Source: Amphiscolops sp. MND2022 (lineage: Eukaryota). Taken from it: a stretch of DNA of 64,000 nucleotides. Positions 50,253 through 62,575 of this stretch are shown one piece after another. The DNA lies in contig OZ076409.1 in the NCBI GenBank assembly GCA_964187785.1, positions 98,210,001 to 98,274,000 on the forward strand, given 5' to 3'. A model generated the notes under the pieces. The model was not told where the DNA came from and did no database searches. It saw nothing but the letters and a program-made list of their open reading frames with translations. The position numbers were made by a program, and so were the translations under genes. Each line of letters begins with the position of its first letter. Position 1 is the stretch's first letter.

Positions 50253-51930
50253 GAGTCCGTTTTACGTGAGTTTGATTGGCTTGAAGATGCAGTTTCAGGG
50301 TTAGTTGACTTTTTGGACGATTTTTCATCGCCAGAGGTGTCATCAGCCTTATCCTCAGGACGTGTCCTTTTGGGTCGTAAATGTGCTCCAGCCCCTTTCC
50401 AGCATCTTTCAACAGGGTGATTTTTCTTTCCACAAGTAGGGCATTCTGGGTATGTAGGACGTTGGGGCTTTTTGCCATTTTTGTCCTCCAGTTCTTTCTT
50501 CTTCTTCAATTTAGGGCAGCTCTTATAGAAGTGGCCTGTGGCTTTACAATAAGAGCATTGTGCGTCCTTTTTAGTATTTATGCCATTAGAGAGCAAATTG
50601 TTGTTACTGGTGGACGCAGAGGCCATTGTAGCGATTGGCAAATCGTCTGACTCTTCTAATGCGTTGAGTTCAAGCTCTCTTTCAAGATGAGCGACGATTT
50701 CTTCATATGTCCCGTTCTCGAGGCGGGCCATATTGACAGATCGTTTCAATTTTGGAGGCAGTTTTGCGTATAATAAGCTGTCAATCATGCTTTTTGCATT
50801 TTCGCCGAAAGCTTTTTCTGCCCCTGGTTCAGTTCTTCCAAGAAATCCGGCAATTTCATGGTATTCGGATCGAAAGTCAGCCGATGCCATTTGTGTTTTG
50901 CCGTTGCTTGGGATTCCGGTTTGACGTATTTTCTCCGGAATATGATTAGCACATCCTCGAGTGTTTGACGGTTAATTGAGTTTATGTTCCTGAAGGTCTG
51001 CAGGGCCCCTTTTCTGAGCAATGAGTGAAAATGGTTTATTTTCATTTGCTCTGTCATGGCTGGTTGCATTTTGATCATTGTGTGGAACAAGTCTTCAAAG
51101 AGTTCGAATTTCTCACTCTTTCCGTCAAACGTCATAGGTGTCGTTTGGACAGGTCGGATAGTCATCGTTTGGGGTTTATTTTGCAAATTGACTAGTACAT
51201 CAGCCAATCTATTGAGCGGGTCCTGAGGCGGCTCTGTGGCCTCTGGTTCTGGCGCTGGCAGAGTGGTGTCCAGAGAGACATTGTGGTTAGATTGCTGTCT
51301 CTCTAGGTTCGGGATTGAGTGGATTCGTCCAGTGAGAAATTCAGGTATAGGCAGTTGGGCTTCGTTAGCTCCTGTCACCATGTAAGAGCCACGTCCCGTG
51401 GTGTCTCTCAAATCACCAACAGACCGCGAGTCCTTTTTCGATAATTTTGTTTTCACGCCGGATGAATTTTCCCTATTTTCCTGACTGCTAGGAGACATGC
51501 TAGCCTCAGTGTCCCTGTTCCCAGAGGAAGACATTGAACTCACAATGTTTTGAATCTCTGGTAGCACCTTTTCTGATATGGCAGTACTGATTGCCCTATT
51601 TATTTGATTATGTACCATGGCCATCATGGAATCCATTTCTTGAGACAGTCTAAGATTAAATTCATTTGAGAACGTTTCAAAGGACTGCCTAACATCGTTC
51701 TGCCTGTACTCACTATTCCCATGGGAGAAGTTTCTGTATTCATCCCTTTGGTACAGATTAGTCTCACTGTCACTATGAACTGAAGATTGTTCAATTGCTT
51801 CGGTTAATTCTCTCTCAATAGGATTTTCACTCCCATTACCTAACATTACGTCCAAGTTGTCTATATCGGACATCATGTCCATTTCTCTAGACTTTCTTGC
51901 CTTAGCTTTCTGTCTTCTTGTGGAAGGCAT
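50243..51930 (-). CDS. gag: Gypsy Gag with a 1-nt frameshift in a G-run near 50822
   Basis: ORFs 50785-51930 and 50243-50890 join as ...EELNQG/AEKAFGE... Motifs FDGKSEKFELFEDLF and CCHC knuckles CSYCKATGHFYKSC and CPTCGKKNHPVERC. Confidence 0.88.
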
Positions 51931-52908
51931 AAATGGTTGTACTAGAGGTAATATTTAAATTATTCTAGTAATCGGTTATTAACAACTGAACGGTTAATAA
52001 TTTGTATCTGAATATTATCAAAAGGTGAAACTGATAATAATATCGCTTGTCAAATTGTGTCCCCGAGGACAGCTAGTCCTGGGTATTTATAGTTAGGGCG
52101 GGGGTGATGAACTAATTTCAGGGTGTCATGCATCTATTTTTAGAACATAACAGCTAAAAACCCCGTGATGTCATCAACGCACTAAATATATACTTCAAAG
52201 GGCTAGCGGTGATTGAATATTAATACGGCCTCCATGGCTACAATGACAATGACAGCCAAGAATTACATATATTAACATGTAAAAGCAACAATTCATGTAT
52301 CATGTTTTATAACATGACTTTTCTAGCCATATTAGCTAGAATGTATCTAAAATAGTAAGCATCAAGATTTTAATTTCTGTACTTTCAAGGTACAGGAATG
52401 GTCAAGTATCCACGCTGTCTTATTATAGCAACTAATAGAACAGCTTTCGACTATCTAAAATAACAGCATTGTCGGCTTGTGTCAAAGTGGACACGCTGTC
52501 CTTTATTTATTTCCAAGCCGTGAGAATGAAAGCCAAGTACGGCGCAGGTACTAATACCGCCATATTGGTTTAATAGCAACTGTACATGTACATAACTAAA
52601 TACTGCTCTCTGATTGGTTGATTTCAAATCAGATGCTTTGTCCAAGGCGACAGGCAAGAAAACATTTGAACTCGTTTCCTTTGCCTGTACGCCTTGGTGT
52701 CCAATTTCAAATTCACCGTACATTAATATACATATGAATAGTAACAGCATCTAACATTTTACATTGAGTATAAAATCAACTAATACTAAGCAATCGAAAT
52801 ATTACTTTCCGAGCAAGTTTTAATTTATTGGGAGGGTATTCGGCAGGGCTCTTTGGTAGCTGTGGCTTATTGAATACAGATTCCCATCACAGGCGGCCGC
52901 CTGGGACA
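51381..52908 (-). repeat. 5' LTR (1528 bp) containing a TATA box, the Gag ATG and 183 Gag codons
   Basis: Direct repeat. CTATAAATACC on the minus strand at ~52082-52092; ATG at 51930. Confidence 0.95.
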
Positions 52909-53100
52909 ATAACCCATTTCGCAACATTTTGAATTATACTTACAATTTTGACAGTGACTTTTTGTGATCTATAAATTTCATCAATATTGAATGAGTGAAA
53001 AGTTCCCAGTGAGAAAGGTCAATAACACTTTCCAGAAAGCTCCAAAATACACGGCCCTACAACTGAACATACATCAAGTTTTAAATTTTTGTCACTTTCG

Positions 53101-53453
53101 ATGAAAACCAAGCTCACTGATATCTCGAACCCGATAACTCAATATTTTCAATTGTTTTCTCATCACAATATACTTTCACTGCGTGTTGCACGATGCCAGA
53201 GTTCGTTTTCATCGATCCGCGAGACGTTCCAGAGTTTACCCAGATGGGCATGGGTGGCAATTGCGACTGCCAGTTGTTCCGTTTCTCTGTACGTTTATTA
53301 CGATTGGACTTACGGGGTATGGAGACGCCAGAATGTACCCGGACCCAAACCGGTCCTTTTTGTCGGTACCACCAACTTGCTGGTTAACTGCAAAAACATG
53401 CACCAGCTTAATACTGATCTCGCAAAAGAGTTTGGACACAAGGGATACTTCGG
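53101..53453 (+). CDS. Cytochrome P450 (CYP3 clan), first visible coding exon; start codon uncertain
   Basis: Membrane anchor WAWVAIATASCSVSLYVYY and Pro-rich hinge VPGPKPVLFVGT. Ends GYFG with a phase-2 donor GG|GTTAGT. Confidence 0.8.
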
Positions 53454-53492
53454 GTTAGTTTCCAGAACACTTTTTATAAAAATCTTTCAAAC

Positions 53493-53933
53493 CGTACGGC
53501 GACAACTCATATCAAGCGAGAACTCATATCAGGCGACAAGTCATATCAAAATGAAAAAGCGACAACTCATATCAAGCGACAACTCATATCAATCAAAACT
53601 CATATCAGAAAATTAAAGTCTATATAAGAAAATTTTCTCCAAATAATTCATTAGATAATTAGAGAAAATTAGGTAACTGATAAGTAATTATTAGAAATTA
53701 AAAAATAGTAACAAGAGTTCATGGTAAATCTCAGTGTAATTTTGGAATTCTAATTGCAGTTAATTATGTTTGTTAATAATTTGTTCTTGAAGTAAAATTT
53801 AGGTATTTGTAACCTATTGGCAAATTTGATGATTTGTCGCTTTTTCCATATTGATATGAACTATTGCTTCATATGAGTTGTCGCCTTTTCAAATTGATAT
53901 GAGTTGTCGCTTGATATGACTTGTCGCTATGCC
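53493..53933. mobile_element. MULE/foldback-like MITE in the P450 intron
   Basis: Inverted arrays of GCGACAACTCATATCAA. 9-bp TSD CTTTCAAAC at 53484-53492 and 53934-53942. An end fragment of the same family lies at 24545-24606. Confidence 0.75.
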
Positions 53934-54018
53934 CTTTCAAACTTCACGTAACCTCCTAAAAATATGTGCGCCTGACAGAAGTCTACAAAACAATGTGCTT
54001 GTTTTTTGTTGATAGAGA

Positions 54019-54330
54019 GGATCTCTTTAACTATGCCCCCCTATATCACTCGTTACACTATGTCCCCCCTAGAGAAAATAAATGTTTGTGGCTCATTTAT
54101 ACTTATCTCCTATTGGCTAATCTCTCATGCTTTTCTGTCAATCAGATGATGTCGTCATAACTAACGACACTTTTTATTGGTTGTTTTCATCAAAATCACC
54201 ACTCAGCCAATCAGAAGCGTTGTTAGATAAGAGCAGATCTGCGCTATTAGAATGTGCAATACATGCATTTAATAGCGTTTCACTATGTCCCCCCTTTTTG
54301 CTGTAGGGGGGGATATAGTGAAAGAGATCC
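54019..54330. mobile_element. Merlin-type MITE in the P450 intron
   Basis: TIRs GGATCTCTTT(A/C)ACTAT..CCCCC. 8-bp TSD GATAGAGA at 54011-54018 and 54331-54338. Confidence 0.8.
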
Positions 54331-55240
54331 GATAGAGAATAACGTCTACGGAATAACGTCTGGAAGAATATCATCTGAAAGTCAAAGAATTAAAATTGGG
54401 AATGAGCATGGCTTTGCTTTAGACGTTATTCTTTAGACGCTATTCTTTAAACGTTAGTCCCTAGAAGTTATTCCCACCAGCTAGGGACAGCATAAAATCT
54501 CGCGCGTGAGGTAGCGTGTTTTCTAGCCAATCAGAGTGCTTCGTGACGTGATATGGCGTGATTTTACAACGGATATTAGAACTTGACGTAATGACTGCTT
54601 TGAAGTGTCAGAAATCGGGGCAAATTGAATGGCGGAATTACGAACAATCCTCATAGTTCAAGCAGAATAAAATGCTCTAACTATTTGAACTCTTGTGAGA
54701 TTTTTACTAAATTCTCAGTGCCAAAAATACCCAAAAGAGTGCACACAAAACTGGAAAACCGCTATTTCTCTAACTCTAATACATCAAAAAACACTATTTT
54801 CAAAACACTTTCGATCTTTTTTCTGTCTGAAAAAGTTTCATAATGCTGAACAATCTAAATGGAGACACTTCAAGTTCGCAAAGAGCTGTTTAAAGCCGTA
54901 TTTTCCAAAAGTGAAGGTGATACTCAATGAACAAAATTTTTTATATCGAAAAGTCGTATAATCCCGAAAAAGACGTAGCCAATTTCCACAATTATTGAGG
55001 AAATTCTCATCAGTCCTACAGGACTAAAAAAATACCAAAAGTGGTCACCCTTAAGACACGGAAAATGGTTTTCCTCAACAGAAAACCCTAAAAAATCAAA
55101 AATTTGTCTCTGAAAACTTTTTTTGAAAATCGCATAGTGCCAAAAACTTTGAGTGGCCCTCTATGTGAAACGCTATGGTAGTTAAAAATTGAAGGGTGCT
55201 GAGGCTAAAAAAAAATCCGAAAAAGTCCCATTGTACAAAA

Positions 55241-58200
55241 TGTTATACGGTTCATCCGTCAATCAAAAGCAACAACCTTTACCGAACTCCGGTAACAGAC
55301 ATACCAGTCTGTTGTTTACAAACATTAGATGTGAAACTGTTACATCCATTTATGTTATAGAAATACTGTTGTATAGTCTACTACTTTGATACAGAAGAGA
55401 TATTATTTTAGAAAACCTCATTTTATCTAAAGCTAGTTAGAATATAACATGGCGCAGTAAGCAAGATTTTTTCTTTTACCAACCGAAAATTTTAACCGGA
55501 ACTATGGCCGAAAAGAATACTGTACCAAACCTAGAAGCAAAAGCATCAGACGGAAACCCAATATTTACCCCGAGACAATGGTTGGAGAGATTTAGACAAT
55601 TTACCAAACGAGAACACAAAATCGACATCACACCATTAATAAAAGGGGAAGATATCACAGAAGCCGGTTGGACCGCCGAAAAAGAAACAAAAATCCAAGA
55701 AGATTTTATCTGGGGAGTGGGACCGGAAGCACTGTACCAGATAACCCGGGCCGAGTACAAAACGGAACCGGACAGCATAAAAATCAAAGACCTAATTCGG
55801 TTATATACCGAACATTACCTCCCAAAACGGAACACATATCACAATAGAGGAGACTTCTTTTGGGCGAAACAATCGGAGAATGAAACACCCGAAGAGTTCT
55901 GGAGACGACTGATTGAAATAGAAAAAGAATGTAATTTCGGAACCATCTCAGCGGAAGAACTACTAATATCCAAATACATGACAGCGATTACCGACAAGAA
56001 ATTACGGGAAAAGCTAATGAAAGAAAAGACCCTAGAGATGAAGAAAACAATCGAAATGATTAAACAAAACACATACGAAAAGAAAAACAAGAAAAATACA
56101 ATACCCGAAGCACTAATCACAACAAAAGAAAAACAGATGATCAAAGAAAAACCAATACAAAAAGTGGAGAAATTCGGAACCAGACCGAAAACGAGAATAA
56201 CGGGAAACCGACCATGCAGATTCTGCAACGCACCAAATTGGAACCCAACACACAAATGCCCAGCATTAGAATCAAATTGTAACAATTGCGGAAAGAAGGG
56301 AAATTACGCACGGGCATGCAAACAAAGAACAAAGAACAACCGAACACTGAGTAAACTTACCGAAGAAGAAGAAATAGAACCAAACGAATCGATGAGCGAA
56401 TCCGATGAAAGTATATATCATATAGAAGAAATAAAGAACATCGTAGAACAACAGAAACATTACACGGCGAAAATAAAGATAAACGGAACACCAAAAGAAT
56501 TTATCATCGATACCGGATCACCGGTGACCATAATGCCATTAGACGAACAAATCATAAAGAAAACCGAAACACAGAAAATAACAAACCGATACCAAGATGT
56601 AAACAAGAATGAATAAAATTCCGGGGGAAAATACCGGTAAACATAGAATACGAAAATAACAACCAAAAAATGGAAATACTAATCACCGAAAGAGCGGACA
56701 TAACACCCCTACTGGGGATGGACTGGATGAAAAGATTCAAGCTGACAATCGGTAAAATACAGCTGGCCGAAATCGGCCAATCAGAAAAGGAGAGAATAAT
56801 TAACAAGTTCCCGGACCTATTCGAAAACAACCGGACAATAAAAGATACCGAAATAAACATACAACTGAAACCCGGACATTACCCGGTGAAACAAAAAGCA
56901 TGACCGATACCACTACACCTACAAGAAGATGTAGGACGGGAATTAGAGAAACTAATAAAAGCCGGACATCTAGAGAAAGTAAACAATGTGGATGAAGACT
57001 GTTTCGTATCACCGGTAGTAATAACGGTAAAGAATGACAAATCGGTGAAAATAGCACTAGACTCCCGGAAACTAAACGATAGTTGCATTAAACGAAGACC
57101 ACACATGCCAAATATGGAGGAATTATTAAACCAAATATCGGTGGAAATTACACGAGACCGAACATTACAATTATTCATGTCAAAGGTCGACTTAGACTAT
57201 GCATACGGACAAATGAAATTATCCGAAGAGACAAGCCGACAATGCGTATTCGCAATCACCGGAGCGAAATTCAGCGGGTACTACAGACTTAAAAAAGGGT
57301 TTTACGGACTCGCCGATATCCCCACAATCTTCCAGGAGAAAATAGACCGAACACTGGAATACAGTACACCGGCATGGTTAGATGACATCATAGTAGTAAC
57401 ACGCGGAAGTAGACAAGAACACGAGAAAAAACTATTTGATGTTTTATCTAAACTCGAAAAAGCCGGATACCGGGCGAGGAAAAGGAAATCGGAATTCTTC
57501 CTAAAACAGACAAAATGGTTGGGACACGAAATTGACGAATCCGGGATAAAACCAAACGAGGAGAAGGTTGAAGCGATACAAAAACTGAAATCACCGAACA
57601 ATACAAAAGAACTGAAATCATTCCTCGGGGCAATACAATATTTAGCAAAATTTCTACCGAAATTATCGGAAAAGACAGACAGATTGAGAAAACTGTTGAA
57701 GAAAAATGAACCATGGATATGGGGACAAGAACAAGAAAATGATTTTATACAAATAAAACAAATGCTGACCGAAAAACCATGTCTAGCACATTACGCAAAA
57801 GATAAAGATAACATGGTAACGACAGACGCGAGTAAAACCGGTCTCGGCATTACGCTTTGGCAAAAGCAAGACGACGGGGAATTGAAACCAATTGCATTCA
57901 GTAGTAGATACCTAAACAACACCGAAAAGAACTACTCAATCGGTGAACTTGAATTGCTAGCAGTAGTCTGGGGATTGGAAAAATTCCGCTTCTACCTATA
58001 CGGAAAAAAGGTACACCTATATACGGACCACCAAGTACTAGAACCTCTAATTAAAAGGTACCGAAGCAACCACCAATACAGTGCAAGACTAACTAGATGG
58101 TTAGATCGGCTAGCACATTTTGACATCGCAGTTCAACATATTGCCGGCAGCAACATGAAATTCACCGACTATCTCAGCAGAAATCCGGTAGGGGGAGCAC

Positions 58201-61066
58201 CAACAGAAGATAAATACGACGAAGAATACGTCATTAACATATTAACCGAGCATGCGGAACTGAACGCAAAATATGGTTCACTATTCGACAGCCAATCAGA
58301 TTACAGCAAACAAAATACCGAGACGAAACGGGATACATCCGAGAGCGAAAATGAGCAAAAGAACGACCAATCACACGCAAATAGAACATTCCAGAACAAA
58401 GACCACGTGAATAAAATTAACGAAAGCGAGAAAACCACATCCGGGCAGTCCGAAATTAGCACCGCAAAGACAAGTTCAAACGTGAAAGAAGAAGATATTG
58501 AGAAAATGAACCGAGAAAACCTGTACCACTGGGGAGCAACCCAAGAAATTATGGAGATAATAAGAAGAGGAAACAAAAGCCCGGAAACACGGAGACTAGT
58601 AGAAAGGAGAGAAACGCTAGCAAAGCCCGGAACAATGAGAAGACGATACGACCCGCAATCACAGAGAATGATCTTTACACCATCAAGACCGAATAAAAGA
58701 AGCCGAGAAGAGATTGCGGAAATAGATGCGGAGCTCACACAAAGAGCTAACCGAATAGGCGGTGGATACCGGCCAATACTAGAAGAGGAAGAAAATGAAC
58801 CGGGAGCACCCGAAGAGGGAGAACTGCAAACTGAACAAAATACGGTGGACACCGAAGAAGATAGCGTGATAATGCGGGGGGACAATTTGCCGATCGTTGA
58901 CCTCAGCAAATACCATACAGAAGGCAAGGAAGCCCATTACATTCAAATAAACCACATTGTGGGCCGGCTCACCGAGAACAAAAAGATGACGGAAGAAAAC
59001 ATCAAAAAAGCAGAATTTAATTTCATGCTCGACCTCAAAACACTTATATCCAAAACGGCGATCGATCCGGAAATGACACGAGTCCGGACCAGCATGAGAA
59101 GAGAGGAAAAAGACTCCGCGCCCGAAGGATACAGAGCGGTCTTCGATAAACTCTCGGTTCGATGGGGCCTAGTCTTCGTCGACGATCAAATTGCCGTTCC
59201 CATCGACTTGAGAAGACGGCTTATTGAAATTCTACACTTCGGTCACTCCGGAATAACAAAAATGTTAGCAGACGCGAAGATATTTTGGTGGCCGGAAATG
59301 CGGAAAGATATCGAACAAAGAGTAAAAGATTGCACAGCCTGCCTAGCTACAGGTAAGAACCTTAAATACCAAATTCCAAAAAACAAGTACGGGAAACTAG
59401 AAAAACTGTCCGAACCGGGACAAGAAATACAAATTGATTTTACCGGAAAATTACATAATAAGAACCTAAACGGCGAACCACAAATAATAATTGCAATAGA
59501 CCGGTTTAGTAAATGGCCGACGGCGAAAATTTGTAAAACATCGGAAACAAAAGAAGTTACAAGTTTCCTATCAAATCAGTTTAACTTATACGGCATACCA
59601 GAAAAAATTAAATCCGATAAAGGGGGAGCGTTCACCTCAATCGAATATAAAGAATTTTGCAAAGCCCGAAATATAGAAATACAATATTGCCCCCCGAGAA
59701 CGCATACCGGAAACGGAACAGTAGAAAGAGCAATACAAACAATGAAAAATCTAGTGCTAGCTAATATGGAAGACGGAAATAACCTAACCGAAAGTGTGAA
59801 TAGAGCATTAAAAGTGATGCGATTCACAATACACACCGGACTAAAGAAAACACCATTTGAATTACACCACGGTCGAAAGCCGAGAACGGAACTAACTAAC
59901 ATAATAAAAGACGGAAAATCATTCTTATCCAATTGGTCTGAACTGTCCGTTTCAGCACCAAATCGGCCAAAAATACCGATATACGTCGGTAGAGACGCAG
60001 ACGGGGAAATCACCAACCACATGGTGATGGCCCGGACAAAGACCGAAGAACGGCAACTGGCCTCGGAGTCAAAATCACCGAAGAAGAGGAGCTCGGTTAG
60101 ATATCCCTTTAAATTTCTAGAAAAGAGACATAACCGGAAATCCTTAGAAGGTAGATTCCAATCAAAAATACAAACCGCAGTAAGCGGAACCGAGAACACC
60201 GTAAAAACTGACACGGGAAAAATAATACACCGAAAATTTATTTCGGATCCATTATTTCAGAGCGAGAAAAGACACCGAAGAGAATCGGCACCGACAGTCT
60301 CAACTGAGATAACGCCCAAGAACCGACATTGCCTACGCGGACTCGGCGGCAAATACGAGAAATGGGATGAAATACTCAAAGACATCCTAAAAGGGAAACT
60401 GAGAATAGCGCAAAACAAAAAGCACACCGAAACAGAGACGGAAGACGAAGACGAAGACGAAGACGACGAAGAAATACCGGAAGATGCCGGAAAGACGTAT
60501 GACACATCGGAGAAAGATGGACGGTATGCTCCGATACAAACAGACCCCGAAAATGATGTCATACAAATACACACTGACGGAGAAATGCCGCCACAGGGTG
60601 AGAACTCTCAAAATAAATATAGACGGTCAAACCGAAACATAAATAAACCGAATAGATACGGTGGTATAACATATAAAGGAAATTTTTGGGTATGAAAAAG
60701 TTGTTTATATTACAGGCCACAGCTGGACTCGAACAAAGGGCACACCCAAACCAATACCGGGAACTGCACAAAAACCGCAAGACTTCCTGCCGGAGAACAT
60801 GACGTTTCCCGGCACATCTTCAAGCCTCTGAAATAACCCCGGAGAGAGAAGGGGAAATGTTATACGGTTCATCCGTCAATCAAAAGCAACAACCTTTACC
60901 GAACTCCGGTAACAGACATACCAATCTGTTGTTTACAAACATTAGATGTGAAACTGTTACATCCATTTATGTTATAGAAATACTGTTGTATAGTCTACTA
61001 CTTTGATACAGAAGAGATATTATTTTAGAAAACCTCATTTTATCTAAAGCTAGTTAGAATATAACA
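55241..61066 (+). mobile_element. Full-length Gypsy LTR retrotransposon in the P450 intron, sense orientation
   Basis: 209-bp LTRs at 55241-55449 and 60858-61066 with one visible mismatch. TSD CAAAA. PBS TGGCGCAGT (tRNA-Ser-like) at 55450. PPT GGAGAGAGAAGGGGAAA at 60841-60857. Confidence 0.97.
55504..60695 (+). pseudogene. gag-pol: Single gag-pol polyprotein (Gag-PR-RT-RH-IN) with one frameshift (~56614) and one TGA (56901-56903)
   Basis: IIDTGS protease, RT with WLDD, RNase H TTDAS/ELELLAV/TDH, integrase HFGH...CTAC and IQIDF/IKSD/VERA (DDE). Confidence 0.92.
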
Positions 61067-61514
61067 CAAAAAACCAAAGGAATTTTCCTTTCTTTGCAAG
61101 CATAAAAAACGTGGTTTAAAAACTAACTTAACTAGCATAGTTGTATAGATTCTTTGTTTTGAAAAGTAGCGTGATAAAAACAAGAAAAAATACCGATTTT
61201 ACAATGAGCGTAGTTTTTGAATGTTGACTATGTTTGGATTGCATGACGTTCTTGAAAATCCATACGAAATGGCATGGCTCCATGCGTTTTAAAACGTGAA
61301 ACCTTATTGGGTCCAATGCATAGAGATTATGAATATCATGGTTTAATGCATGAAATTGGGTTGATTAACTATTTCCATGTAAGGAAAATACATGGAAACG
61401 TCATAAATTTTGATCTTGGTACGGCTTTAAGAAACGCGGTGCCAAACGGAGTGGCGTCTCTAATTCTACTGTCAACATTACGATACATGAGCCGCATCGA
61501 ACTAGCAAGATTTT

Positions 61515-62008
61515 GAAACATTTGGCTTAGCGAACTGAACCAAAAAGGTTTTTTATGTTTTCCCGCGTAACATACAATACCGGGCGAGACCAAAGGGTCC
61601 CCCTTTCAATTTTTTTTCGGCACTGCGAGACTTTTTTCCGAAAAAAAGTATCCTCAAAGGGTCGCCCTTCAATTTTTTGCTGTTTTGCGACAGAATCAAT
61701 GCTGAAAAATCTCGAAAGGTCCCCCCCTTTCAGTTTTTTTCGGCATTGTGAGACTTTTTTGGAATTTTTTTTTCACCAAATTTTTTCACAGTTCAATTTT
61801 TTGATGTTTTGCAATAATGGATGTTAAAAATGCGAAAGGATCCCTCTTTTAGCGTGCCAGAGCCCGCGCTAGCGCGCACCTGGCGCGCCAGTTCCGTCGT
61901 TTGGGTTTTTCGTGAGTTTGATACTTTGAGTTTTTTTGACACTTCCATGTCCTTTTGGTATTTTTGAGCCTTAGATATGGCGCAGACTTATGCCGTTCCC
62001 GGCTTGTT
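61515..62008 (-). mobile_element. Partial DINE-1/HINE-like element
   Basis: Reverse-complement similarity to 36116-36630; terminus CCGTTCCCGGCTTGTT. Confidence 0.65.
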
Positions 62009-62199
62009 ATTGTTAAATAATTTCCGTATATGGAATTGAGTCTTTTACTACTACTGAGTGGGCTCCAAATATTTGCAATCGAACAAAAATGATGCAAGAC
62101 TAGTGAATACACAACACTGTCATTTTTAGAGGCCTCAAAAGTGCTTGATTGCAAGAACTCAAGTCGGGGATCTTTGACTCTTTTTTATCTTCGTTACAG

Positions 62200-62575
62200 A
62201 TGCTACAACTCGTCACAGCCGAGTCTAGTAATAACAGACCCAGATTTGGTCAAAGAAGTTATGATCAAACAGTTCGATAACTTCGCCAACCGCATGGATA
62301 CTTTTGCGTGCAACGTGAAGTTCATCCGAAAGTTACTAAGCGAGCTGCCTGTTGAGAAATGGCGACCATCTAGAGTAGCCCTTACTCGCACTTTTACGGG
62401 GGCCAAACTGAAGAAAATGGTGTCCCTGATGAACCGTCTGGTCGACAACTTCTTATGCAAACTTGCCAAACTAACGGAAAACCCCGACACTGAAGTCGAT
62501 TTTGACCCCCTTTTCAAAGCCTACACCATGGACATTATATGCAACCTAGCTTTCGGACTGAATGTCGATACACAA
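62200..62575 (+). CDS. Cytochrome P450 (CYP3 clan) coding exon
   Basis: Acceptor TTACAG|A completes the Gly codon. CYNSSQPSLVITDPDLVKEVMIKQFDNFANR...WRPSR (WxxxR)...TFTGAKLKKM...YTMDIICNLAFG. Donor CAA|GTAAGT. Confidence 0.92.

Larger units (their letters stand above)
45435..52908 (-). mobile_element. Long-LTR Gypsy element ('MPSTR' type), non-autonomous (RT, RNase H and integrase deleted)
   Basis: TG...CA LTRs at 45435-46965 and 51381-52908, nearly identical. 5-bp TSD ATAAC at 45430-45434 and 52909-52913. PBS TGGTGACAGGAGC; PPT AGGGGGAG. Confidence 0.95.

Noticed and set aside
56605..56620. Programmed gag-pol frameshift or readthrough
   Set aside because: The break is inside the protease domain and looks like a 1-nt deletion (NE[V]KF). 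The later TGA fits a CGA-to-TGA change. Both are probably lesions.
58301..60574. Minus-strand ORFs of 105-212 aa
   Set aside because: Antisense shadows of the A-rich pol.
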